From: a candidate division WWE3 bacterium | GTDB lineage: Bacteria; Patescibacteriota; WWE3; UBA101185; UBA10185 | Length of the DNA: 64,000 nucleotides | Reading direction: 5' to 3' | NCBI GenBank assembly: GCA_052035175.1 | Contig: JBPOHV010000001.1 | Coordinates: forward strand, 622,428-686,427 | Shown: piece after piece, positions 37,128 to 46,063 of the stretch | Layout: every line of letters begins with the position of its first letter | How positions within the stretch are numbered: the first letter of the stretch is position 1 | Position numbers and translations under genes: made by a program | The notes under the pieces: generated by a model | Seen by the model: the letters and a program-made list of their open reading frames with translations, nothing else | Database searches by the model: none | What the model was told of the DNA's origin: nothing

Positions 37128-37786
37128 ACTTCCATATTCTTACACTTTTTCCGCATTTGATACAAACTCACTTTACTGAAAATCCATTTAAAAAAGCTCA
37201 ACAAATAAGTGCTGCAGAATATAAAACTTGGAATTTACGAGACTACGCGATCGATAAAAGAGGAACTGTAGACGACAAACCTTATAGTGGGGGAGTAGGA
37301 ATGATTTTACGTATAGAACCCATTTATAATGCTCTACGAGACATAAAAGCATCTATCGGGCCAGAAGCAAAGATAAAAGTTATATTACTTTCACCAAGAG
37401 GTAAAACTTTTGATCAAAAAAAAGCTATAGAACTTTCGAATGAAGACAACATTGTACTTATTTGTGGTAGATACGAAGGTATAGATGCACGAGTAGAACA
37501 ATATCTAGTAGATGAAACTATTTCTATAGGCGATTACGTATTAACTGGAGGTGAAGTACCCGCTTTGGCTGTAATGGAAGCTGTAACTAGATTATTACCA
37601 AATGTATTAGAAAAAGAAAATGCCACTACAAACGAATCTTTTTCTATAGATCAACTAGATCAAACTAAAAAAGAATACCCACAATATACGCGGCCAGAAG
37701 AATTTGACGGTATGAAAGTGCCAGAAGTACTTTTATCTGGAAACCACAAAGAAATAGAAGCCTGGAAAAAAGAAAATACAAAATAG
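37124..37786 (+). CDS. trmD: tRNA (guanine37-N1)-methyltransferase
   Basis: VDDKPYSGGVGM, CGRYEGID, SIGDYVLTGGE, PQYTRP. Confidence 0.97.
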   Translation: MNFHILTLFPHLIQTHFTENPFKKAQQISAAEYKTWNLRDYAIDKRGTVDDKPYSGGVGMILRIEPIYNALRDIKASIGPEAKIKVILLSPRGKTFDQKKAIELSNEDNIVLICGRYEGIDARVEQYLVDETISIGDYVLTGGEVPALAVMEAVTRLLPNVLEKENATTNESFSIDQLDQTKKEYPQYTRPEEFDGMKVPEVLLSGNHKEIEAWKKENTK

Positions 37787-37796
37787 CTAAACAAGA

Positions 37797-38597
37797 TTAT
37801 ATTTCTGGAGTTTCTTCTGTATCTTCGGTAGCTGGAACAGGTAAAGCATTTATATCTTCTTGAGTAATCTCATAATATTTCAATGACTTTACTGCATTCA
37901 TTACGTTTACAAAATCTGGGCTAGCTATATCCAAATTTATTGGGTCATCTGTGACCGCAGCAGATTGTATACTGATATAAGGAGATGCTAAAGAAAAGCT
38001 AACTGTCAGTCCAAAGCCTCCAGACTGAGTTTCACCATTCATAAATCTAAAATTTGACACATTTATCATGCGCGAAGCATTTTCTAGAGTCTTTAAAAAT
38101 AAGACTAACTGATCGTAAGTACCTTCTGCACCCATAGATAACGCTACTGTTTTTGATTGAGTGCTGTCACTCGTAGAAACATCGTAAGAATAGCTCAATC
38201 TTGTAAGTTTGAGGCCAGATTCAGCTGCAATTTTGTTTACTTGAGTCGACAATTGCAAAACTTGAGCCTCTGATAAAAGAACTTTATCGACTAATGAAGA
38301 ATTTTCACTTACAACTGCTTGAAAATCGACTAATTTATTTAGTGTAGAAAGCTTTGTAGCCAAAACATCTCGCAAATTTTGATTGGTTTGAAGCTCTGCC
38401 CTTATATTTGGTAAATCATTTATTGCAGGATAAATCACAAGCAAAAATAACAAAACCGAACCGCTCAAACAAAGTAAAGGCGTCAAAAAGTTTATAAACA
38501 ACTCTTTCAACGAATCCTTATCTACACCAACACTAGACTTTGGCATATCGTTTGCAGGAGTGTTATTGATATTTGGAAATATACTATTTAGCTGCAT
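37797..38597 (-). CDS. pilO: Type IV pilus assembly protein PilO-like
   Basis: TM, coiled coil, G.Y..L..FL..LEN..R; follows pilM-pilN. Confidence 0.8.
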   Translation of the reverse strand: MQLNSIFPNINNTPANDMPKSSVGVDKDSLKELFINFLTPLLCLSGSVLLFLLVIYPAINDLPNIRAELQTNQNLRDVLATKLSTLNKLVDFQAVVSENSSLVDKVLLSEAQVLQLSTQVNKIAAESGLKLTRLSYSYDVSTSDSTQSKTVALSMGAEGTYDQLVLFLKTLENASRMINVSNFRFMNGETQSGGFGLTVSFSLASPYISIQSAAVTDDPINLDIASPDFVNVMNAVKSLKYYEITQEDINALPVPATEDTEETPEI

Positions 38598-39150
38598 ATG
38601 GCTTTGTGAGCTTCTCGGCTGAATAATTTACTACTATAAAATAACTGACTTTTCCGCTGTTGATATCGAGGTTAACTGTATTTATATTTGCAGAAGTAAA
38701 TATTTCTGAAACTAATAAATTATCTATAAATTTTGAAATATCCAAATATGTGTCTCCTATACCAGATATACTTACCGAACCATCTAGGCCGAATGCAAAT
38801 TCATCGATTGCTACTGTAGAAGGGACTCGTGTAGCCAAATCTTCTAAAAGAAGAGAATAGTACTGGCGTGTAGAAAACATATCTTTTAAAATACTAACTT
38901 TTGCACCTAGGTTACGAGCAGTTATTTCTATTTGTGCCATTTCAGATATTTTTGTACGAGAAGACTCGATTTCAGTTTTGGTCGCTGCTACTTCTTTTTT
39001 CAAATTTGACGTAGTAAACATATAATAACCGCTAATACCCAAAGTAATAAGTAAAACTATTGCTGAAATTACTGTACTAAAATGAACAAAAAAGATTTTT
39101 CTCCTTTGTTGTATCTCTTGATCGGTTAATAAGTTTATTCCTTGTCCCAT
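38584..39150 (-). CDS. pilN: Type IV pilus assembly protein PilN-like
   Basis: N-terminal INLL motif and TM. Confidence 0.82.
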   Translation of the reverse strand: MGQGINLLTDQEIQQRRKIFFVHFSTVISAIVLLITLGISGYYMFTTSNLKKEVAATKTEIESSRTKISEMAQIEITARNLGAKVSILKDMFSTRQYYSLLLEDLATRVPSTVAIDEFAFGLDGSVSISGIGDTYLDISKFIDNLLVSEIFTSANINTVNLDINSGKVSYFIVVNYSAEKLTKPYAAK

Positions 39151-39151
39151 A

Positions 39152-40180
39152 TTATAAGCCTCTCATTGCCAAACCAACGGCCACAGCGTATTCGGGGCCA
39201 TGTTCTTTGAGATAGTCTTGCTGTTTGCTCAATCTTTGAGAAATTTCGACATTTACCCAAGGGTTTGCCAACGAAACCTCAGCATCAAATGTATTTGCCA
39301 TGTATAAAATTAGTCCGGGCATAAGAGCAGTGCCACCACACAATACTACTCGTTTAATCGTAGCACCTGGATACTGCGTTGTGAAGAACATCATGCTTCG
39401 GTTAATTTCTAAAACTAGCGTTTCAAACATAGGCCTTAGAGCTTCATAAACTTTGCCGTCGACATAAGACTTATCTAAACCATAAACTTTTTTGTATTCT
39501 TCTGCTTTTAGTTGGTCCAGCTCTAGGCCTTGCTGTATAGCTTTTGTAAAATCATCTCCACCCATTGAAATACTTCTAGTGAATCTAACTATGCCACCAT
39601 AAGTTACGACTAGGTAAGTACTAAACCTCCCAATATTCAAAATTAGTGTAGGGACTTTGTCGTCTTCAGAATCACCAAACAATCTAGCAACAGCCAAAGT
39701 TTCTGGTTCGAGTGCATCGGGTATCAAATGCGCACTTCTTAACAGTTGTTCATAGCGCTCTGACACATTGTTTTTGGTTGCAACTAGTTGAACGCTGATA
39801 GCTTCTTTTGTTGATTCACTGTCAATTTCTTGCCAAGAAATACGCATATCTTTGGCTGGAAATGGTAAATATTGCTCTGCATGATACATAACAGAGTTTT
39901 TGAGGTCTTTACCTGTTATCTTTGGCATTTTAACAATACGCATAAAAATATTGCGTTCTTCTAAACCCCCAATAATATGAGGGGTTGAGAATCCGATTTC
40001 TGAAAAGAAATTGTGCAATGCATCTGAATATACTTGTAAGTCATCCATATCTTCGTGATCAAAGTTTAATTTTGGGTTTTCATAGGCTCCAAAATTCTTG
40101 AGCAAAACACCTTTTTTTGTTTTTTCGAGTTCTACGGCTCTGAAACTATATTTACCTAAATCTAAACCAATTATGGACAT
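39152..40180 (-). CDS. pilM: Type IV pilus assembly protein PilM
   Basis: IGLDLG, LCGGTALMPG, AVAVGLAMRG. Confidence 0.93.
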   Translation of the reverse strand: MSIIGLDLGKYSFRAVELEKTKKGVLLKNFGAYENPKLNFDHEDMDDLQVYSDALHNFFSEIGFSTPHIIGGLEERNIFMRIVKMPKITGKDLKNSVMYHAEQYLPFPAKDMRISWQEIDSESTKEAISVQLVATKNNVSERYEQLLRSAHLIPDALEPETLAVARLFGDSEDDKVPTLILNIGRFSTYLVVTYGGIVRFTRSISMGGDDFTKAIQQGLELDQLKAEEYKKVYGLDKSYVDGKVYEALRPMFETLVLEINRSMMFFTTQYPGATIKRVVLCGGTALMPGLILYMANTFDAEVSLANPWVNVEISQRLSKQQDYLKEHGPEYAVAVGLAMRGL

Positions 40181-40201
40181 AATTTATTATACAAGCTTCA
40201 A

Positions 40202-40987
40202 CTAATCATTTGACAAGTCATCTGTATTTGAAAATTGATACAACGCATAATCAAATATTTCTGGTAATGATGTATAAGTCTTGAGCACACTAACAGTTTT
40301 CGAAACATTTTTAGTTGTACCAGTTGCAGTTATAACGATACCCTGAGATGGTAGTGAATGTCCAGCTTGTGGAATTACAAATGCTTCTACATCTTTATAA
40401 ACTGATTTGAGTCGCAAAACTTGTGGCGTAGTTGCAGTCGGTATTGTATAGCAATTTGAATACCCACCAGACGCCGTTGCTAGCTCAAAACCATTGAATG
40501 GATCATGCGGTTGTACCGCATTGACGGCATATACATTGGCCTTATATGTTGTACCTGTTTTATATATGTACGATGCATAAATAGACGCTCCAGAATCTTG
40601 CCAACACACATTTATATTTGTACCAGCATATGAACTCAAACTTATTTCAGTAATTTTTGTGGTTAGTAGATCTACAGTATGCGGATCTGTAGAATTGCCA
40701 TCAAAACTTAAAGCAATAGAAACATCTGAAGTCACGCCATCGTCTCCGGTAATAGTATAAAAACAATTCGACCCACAATTATTACCATTTATATAGCCAG
40801 ATAAAGTAGCATTTGGTATTAAAAGTGTTTTTTCAGCACCAGACTCAGCTGCAGCCAATGACCGGGATGCAAAATCTACAGAAACAGAATTATGAAGATT
40901 TTTTACAAAGCGCATAGACAAGCTTATACCAGCCGCCAAAGCAATAATCATAAGCATTATAACTGATACTAAAACCTGACCTTTCAT
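40202..40987 (-). CDS. PilX-like minor pilin
   Basis: KGQVL plus hydrophobic helix, AAESG. Confidence 0.75.
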   Translation of the reverse strand: MKGQVLVSVIMLMIIALAAGISLSMRFVKNLHNSVSVDFASRSLAAAESGAEKTLLIPNATLSGYINGNNCGSNCFYTITGDDGVTSDVSIALSFDGNSTDPHTVDLLTTKITEISLSSYAGTNINVCWQDSGASIYASYIYKTGTTYKANVYAVNAVQPHDPFNGFELATASGGYSNCYTIPTATTPQVLRLKSVYKDVEAFVIPQAGHSLPSQGIVITATGTTKNVSKTVSVLKTYTSLPEIFDYALYQFSNTDDLSND

Positions 40988-41005
40988 GTTTATTAATTCA
41001 AATTC

Positions 41006-41578
41006 TTAATAAGTATTCCGAATGACTATAGTATTCTTAGAAATAACTTGAGCTGAAAAATTTATACCCGTTACTGTAGTTGGTTGTGCAAACACAAGAC
41101 TATAACTAAAAATTTGTGGTGAAGTACCAGTCACTGTAAAACAGCTCCCGCTGCAGGCTACTGCAACACCTCCCGATACATTTTTTGTAAGACCCTCGTA
41201 TGTACCTGCAACCAAGCAATTTGCAGTATTTAACCGTTGAAGCTCGTTACTTTGGACTCGGTAAAAAGAACAACTACCATCAGAAAATCTTACAATTGCG
41301 ACATTACTCAAAACCGAGACATTTGTTGCTTTGCGTAATTCTTTCTCTAACTTTTGTGTGGCAAAATTGGCGCTTTGTTCCACATCACTTAAGATTTGTG
41401 TTTTACCATAACTACGAGTCAAAGATAATAAAATATCGGTAGTTAAACCTACAGTTATACCGAGCAAAGCAATAACAAGTAACAATTCAATAAGGGTGAA
41501 GCCCGCAAGCTTTTCATTTTGAGTAGACAAAGTTGAAGTCTTATCATCATGAAGATACTTTTGTGAAAATAGCTTCAT
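41006..41578 (-). CDS. Minor pilin (PilW-like)
   Basis: GFTLIELL type III signal. Confidence 0.8.
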   Translation of the reverse strand: MKLFSQKYLHDDKTSTLSTQNEKLAGFTLIELLLVIALLGITVGLTTDILLSLTRSYGKTQILSDVEQSANFATQKLEKELRKATNVSVLSNVAIVRFSDGSCSFYRVQSNELQRLNTANCLVAGTYEGLTKNVSGGVAVACSGSCFTVTGTSPQIFSYSLVFAQPTTVTGINFSAQVISKNTIVIRNTY

Positions 41579-42081
41579 TACTGACCCCTCCAATTGGTAA
41601 GGTCGGTATAAACATTTGTACTTATAGTTCTACCTCCTATTGGCCACGACGCACTAGCTCTAACACGGACTGTTTGATCTGTTGATACTAAAACCCCACC
41701 ATTTACATTTGTAGCTCTAAAAAAATATGTCACAGTACTCAAACCAGTACCAGTTGTACCGTTGCCTACAGTTACTGTAGGTAATCCGCTACCCGTAGGC
41801 TCTGTCATATAACAACCAGTGGAACACGGAGTAACAGCAGAAATGAAAGTAGCCCAATTTGCAGTAATATCACGCAAAGCTCTGACCAGTTCTATTTGTT
41901 TGTTTGCAGTTTTTGTACCTTCCAAATAAAGTTTACTTTGTAATGATGAACGCAAAGAAAAGACTGATAAAGAAACCAATGATGTAATAACAATCACAGC
42001 TACACCGACTGCCGCGATTACTTCGACCAAACCTATACCAAGACTATGCTTAGTTACATGCGATACTTGCGCTGCTGACAT
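41578..42081 (-). CDS. Minor pilin (PilV-like)
   Basis: GIGLVEVIAA, IELVRA.RD, LTNWR. Confidence 0.75.
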   Translation of the reverse strand: MSAAQVSHVTKHSLGIGLVEVIAAVGVAVIVITSLVSLSVFSLRSSLQSKLYLEGTKTANKQIELVRALRDITANWATFISAVTPCSTGCYMTEPTGSGLPTVTVGNGTTGTGLSTVTYFFRATNVNGGVLVSTDQTVRVRASASWPIGGRTISTNVYTDLTNWRGQ

Positions 42082-42598
42082 CGATAAGCCCTCCTTGGTA
42101 AATTTGTAACCTTCTACAATTTGTACTGGCGCCTTGCTTACCCACAATTATATTCAAAGGAAATGAAGCTGCAGTGTTTGTACTTGTACTACCATCAGAA
42201 TAAGAAAAAAATACACACATAGAAACTCGCGACACAAGTCCACCAGGCAATGCGCGGCTCGTACCTTTACTCAAAACATCTGTGGTAGGAGGGCAATCAG
42301 CTGCTTTTGAAGATATAAAATAACTGTAAGTTGTAGCATTTTGTATAAACCGAACACCCCAATAAGAAGGGAGAATATTAGCGCTTACTTGATCCAAAGA
42401 ATTTTCTCCAGTAAGAGCCTTGTTTTGTAATGAACGTAAATCTGATCGTATTTGGTCACGTGCTTGATTCACATTTTGGTTTGCAATATAAGTTGAAAAA
42501 CCCGGGATCATTGATCCGGTAATGATTATAATTATTGAAACAACCAACAATAATTCAATTAGAGTAAAACCTACATTTTTAAGCTGGGCAGATAACAT
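42050..42598 (-). CDS. Minor pilin (FimT/FimU-like)
   Basis: GFTLIELL; SDLRSLQNKA. Confidence 0.8.
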   Translation of the reverse strand: MLSAQLKNVGFTLIELLLVVSIIIIITGSMIPGFSTYIANQNVNQARDQIRSDLRSLQNKALTGENSLDQVSANILPSYWGVRFIQNATTYSYFISSKAADCPPTTDVLSKGTSRALPGGLVSRVSMCVFFSYSDGSTSTNTAASFPLNIIVGKQGASTNCRRLQIYQGGLIDVSSASIACN

Positions 42599-42627
42599 AA
42601 TTATATTTATTATACATTGCAATCCAC

Positions 42628-43146
42628 TTACAAAATAGTCAAATCTGATCCTATTTCATACAAATCTAGATCATTCCCAGAATCTGATGTTTCATAATCT
42701 ATAAAAGCTTCCATATTTACATTGAGTTCAAATCCAACATCTGTGTGTCGATAAATATATAAATGCAGTTCGTCATTCAACGGGTCAATCGGTAATTTAA
42801 CAATATATGGTGATAAATCTTGAGCTATCCAACCGGTACTAGAACTCACCAACGGACCAGCCTGACCAGAAGGTAAAGTATTACTCAAATATGTTGTATT
42901 TGAAACACCAGGGTATGCATAATTGTCTAAAGAATATTCACTGATAGCACGTTCTAGAGTCGACAAGTCTGATAAACGTTTTTCATCACGGGTTTTGCCA
43001 TGATAAGCATTTGATGTAATTAAAGTAGAGTAAGTTGTAATTAATATACCGACAACTAAAATAACCACTAAAGCTTCGATAAGTGTAAAACCTGAAGGGT
43101 CTTTGGCTTGACGAGAATAAAAGACTTTAAGGGTTTTCTGTACCAT
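42628..43146 (-). CDS. Type IV pilin (GspG-like)
   Basis: GFTLIEAL, RD.KR.SDL, LPIDP. Confidence 0.85.
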   Translation of the reverse strand: MVQKTLKVFYSRQAKDPSGFTLIEALVVILVVGILITTYSTLITSNAYHGKTRDEKRLSDLSTLERAISEYSLDNYAYPGVSNTTYLSNTLPSGQAGPLVSSSTGWIAQDLSPYIVKLPIDPLNDELHLYIYRHTDVGFELNVNMEAFIDYETSDSGNDLDLYEIGSDLTIL

Positions 43147-43705
43147 AACAATAATCACCTACAGTACCAGCCATAGAACAACCTAATGCTGCCCAATTAT
43201 TGAGACCCGTGCATTCATATCCATTATTTGAATTTGCTTCTTCCATAATTGCAGTCAAAATGTATGAACTACCAGCACCACCAGGTCTATATGAATACTT
43301 TCTATCTGTCGACGCATTACACGGAGATGCATTTGTATAAGAGAGTAGGGGATCGACTGGAATTTTATTCATATAGTTTGGAGACAATAAAGTGGAAATG
43401 TTATCTGTACCTGTAATTACAAAATAAGTAACCCCAATCACATTTGGAGCAGGATAGGCACGATTTTGAGCATAATATAATTCGAGACCAGCTTGTAATT
43501 TTTTGAGATCAGCAATCCGTTGAGAATCTCGCGCTTTACCTTTGATTGCTTTGGAATTAAGCAAACCTATAACCACACCAGAAAGCACAGCTATAATTAA
43601 AACCACTAAAAGTAATTCAATTAGCGTGAAGCCTGTTGGCTTCTTTGTGCTGCCTTGGTGAGACAAATAGAAACTTTTTGTATTTGTAGATATTTGTTTA
43701 AACAT
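43127..43705 (-). CDS. Type IV pilin (GspG-like)
   Basis: GFTLIELL, KARDSQRIADL, IPVDP. Confidence 0.88.
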   Translation of the reverse strand: MFKQISTNTKSFYLSHQGSTKKPTGFTLIELLLVVLIIAVLSGVVIGLLNSKAIKGKARDSQRIADLKKLQAGLELYYAQNRAYPAPNVIGVTYFVITGTDNISTLLSPNYMNKIPVDPLLSYTNASPCNASTDRKYSYRPGGAGSSYILTAIMEEANSNNGYECTGLNNWAALGCSMAGTVGDYCYGTENP

Positions 43706-43709
43706 ATAT

Positions 43710-44267
43710 TTAAGGGCAAAGCGCGTTTCCGGCTAAAGCAGCACAAGTTCTTATACTAGTCCAAGTAGAGTGATATTTATAAAATTGGCTTGTACCAGAT
43801 TTCTTTATACCAACCGCAAAGTTATCGGTATCGATAAAATAGTAATAATAAATTTCTGAACCTGCAGGAATTGGCCCACCTGTCTGGATGTACCCTGGCC
43901 AATATTTTAAATAAGTACCCAAAGCTGTGGCATCTGTGCCACCTGTACCCAAAGGATTATTATAGTTGCCCTGAGCTGGATACTTACTCTCTACAGTATA
44001 AAATGCCTCTATACCTTGAATAATCTTTTCTAGATCTGCCATGCGCACACCGTCGCGAGCACGATCTTTGGTTTGCGTAATATTTATAACGCTTGTCATT
44101 ACTCCAGCGAGAACTCCAATTAAACCTACTACCAACAATAACTCAATCAAGGTGAAGCCTGTTGGCTTCCTTGTCTGAGACAAATAGAAGCCTGCTGGCT
44201 TTGAACCAGTACCATCCCCAGTTGATTTTAAAACTTTATGCTGATTTAAAATTTTTGTATTAAACAT
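43710..44267 (-). CDS. Type IV pilin with extended leader
   Basis: GFTLIELL, RARDGVRMADL. Confidence 0.85.
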   Translation of the reverse strand: MFNTKILNQHKVLKSTGDGTGSKPAGFYLSQTRKPTGFTLIELLLVVGLIGVLAGVMTSVINITQTKDRARDGVRMADLEKIIQGIEAFYTVESKYPAQGNYNNPLGTGGTDATALGTYLKYWPGYIQTGGPIPAGSEIYYYYFIDTDNFAVGIKKSGTSQFYKYHSTWTSIRTCAALAGNALCP

Positions 44268-44296
44268 AGAAACTATTCATTTAAATTTTTCATTTT

Positions 44297-44323
44297 CATG
44301 CCCCCCGCGATCGCGGGGGGCAT
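44297..44323 (-). terminator. Intrinsic terminator-like hairpin after the putative major pilin
   Basis: atgccccccgcg-at-cgcggggggcat. Confidence 0.7.
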
Positions 44324-44362
44324 AAAAGAAGTTAACATACTTAAGTCTATTAACTAAAAATA

Positions 44363-44974
44363 CTATAGACTACATGAAGCGCTAGCAGAAAGATCTGCAG
44401 TACCATCCAAGTTTGCAGTCGCATCACAATTGTACATTTGACCTAAACTCGTATCGTAAGCAAATATTCTACCGGTTAAACCGAAAGATTTAGCATAGAT
44501 TCTGAATCTTTCAACAGCCCAAGGTGAAGCACTGTTGTTTCTGTAATAGCGGTAATAACATTGAGTAGCACCATTACCATTCCAACCGTTGGAAGCTCCA
44601 GTACAAGTTGAAGGTAAATTGTTGCCTGTTACAGCAAAAGTACAATCAAAACCGCCTGTTGTTCCACAAACTGGTGTACCACCACCACTATCAGAAGCAA
44701 AATTCAATCCTCCCAACATCTGTACTTCATCTGGAGCAGAACCATAAGCAGAAACGTAACCTTGTGTCGCCAAAACTACTTTATTAATAGTTGCGATAAC
44801 ATTTGCGTCTCTTGCTCTATTTTGTTGCTTTGCTGGATTGATAACTGCCATCAAAACCCCTGCTAGAATACCGATAATAACGATAACTATCAAAAGTTCG
44901 ATAAGCGTGAAACCTTTTGCTTCAGCATCATCTGAAGATCTAAGCTTTGCGAGGGTCGTTCTTTTTTTGAACAT
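44363..44974 (-). CDS. Type IV pilin (candidate major pilin)
   Basis: KGFTLIELLIVIVIIGIL; SD GAGGGGGTG; own terminator. Confidence 0.9.
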   Translation of the reverse strand: MFKKRTTLAKLRSSDDAEAKGFTLIELLIVIVIIGILAGVLMAVINPAKQQNRARDANVIATINKVVLATQGYVSAYGSAPDEVQMLGGLNFASDSGGGTPVCGTTGGFDCTFAVTGNNLPSTCTGASNGWNGNGATQCYYRYYRNNSASPWAVERFRIYAKSFGLTGRIFAYDTSLGQMYNCDATANLDGTADLSASASCSL

Positions 44975-45154
44975 AGTATTCTACACCCCCTCTCATAGCT
45001 TTATGTTGAATTTGGGCAGACATATACATAAAGTTCTATATCAAAGTATGAATTTAAATAATTTCACTGTCAAGAAGTACGGACTATAAGTTTATTTCTG
45101 TAGCAAGTGTAAGCGCTAGCTTAGCTTGCAAAGAAAGAATACTTAGCAAAGTCT

Positions 45155-46063
45155 TCATTGTATTCCTTGATTTGCAAATATACTAAAATCAAATATACCT
45201 GATAAGTAAGGAACTGATTTGTAAGCTACAATTTTTCTTTTTGTATTTGGGTCTTGAGACAAAACACCGGTTGACTCGAGCATGTATCCTTGAGAAGGTA
45301 AGGTTCCTCCATTTAACGGGAACACACCTACTTTTGCGTCTCCTGCCAATGACCTCAAACGCAAACCGTACATTCCATTTGCCGCAACGGTCTGACAATA
45401 AGTAAAACCATTTGCACCGCCAGGTTGTGGTTTAAACCCATGCCTATCATAACCATTGGATGAAGCATTACCTTGAACCCCAGCACTTTCTTGGATCCCA
45501 GACGAGTTGTAAGTTATATAAAATAAATCTGCGCCAGTTGATGAAGTAGGTGTCCAACAAACTTGAACATTGGCTGCACTATAGCCAGACAAATTTACTT
45601 CTTTTACTACGCCATTTTTCAAGTTGAAAAAGTAATGACTAACTGGACTTGTTTTATTGTAATTGAACGATGACGCATCTAGTAGAGCAGTGGAAGTTAT
45701 GGCATCTCCACTACTTGGAGTTGTTATGGTTAATAAACATTTGTTTGACGTAGCATCATAAGTAACACCAGGAATCAAACCACAATTTGTAGAATTGGGT
45801 GTTGTATCTATGAGGCTCAGTACATTGTTTGGCGTATTTAACAACCTCTCTATTCCTGCCTCTGCGGCAGCCGATACGCGAGAACTAGTATCACTTTGTG
45901 ACGTACGAGATAGAGAAGAAATTGTATTGACTGAAATGCTTACACCAGCAGCCAAAGCTATAGTCATCATAACTACAACAAAGAGTAGAGTTTGACCAGA
46001 CTCAGCTGGGTTTTTATCTGAAAGCTTTTCTTTTGTAAATAGTTTATTCATATTGAACGTCAT
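45155..46063 (-). CDS. PilX-like minor pilin, paralog of 40202-40987
   Basis: SGQTLL, AAEAG, LPSQG, IFDF. Confidence 0.75.
   Translation of the reverse strand: MTFNMNKLFTKEKLSDKNPAESGQTLLFVVVMMTIALAAGVSISVNTISSLSRTSQSDTSSRVSAAAEAGIERLLNTPNNVLSLIDTTPNSTNCGLIPGVTYDATSNKCLLTITTPSSGDAITSTALLDASSFNYNKTSPVSHYFFNLKNGVVKEVNLSGYSAANVQVCWTPTSSTGADLFYITYNSSGIQESAGVQGNASSNGYDRHGFKPQPGGANGFTYCQTVAANGMYGLRLRSLAGDAKVGVFPLNGGTLPSQGYMLESTGVLSQDPNTKRKIVAYKSVPYLSGIFDFSIFANQGIQ

Noticed and set aside
14432-37786. Domain-reduced tig, thrS and pheT, and missing rimM
   Set aside because: Consistent with ordinary genome streamlining; not treated as a new system.
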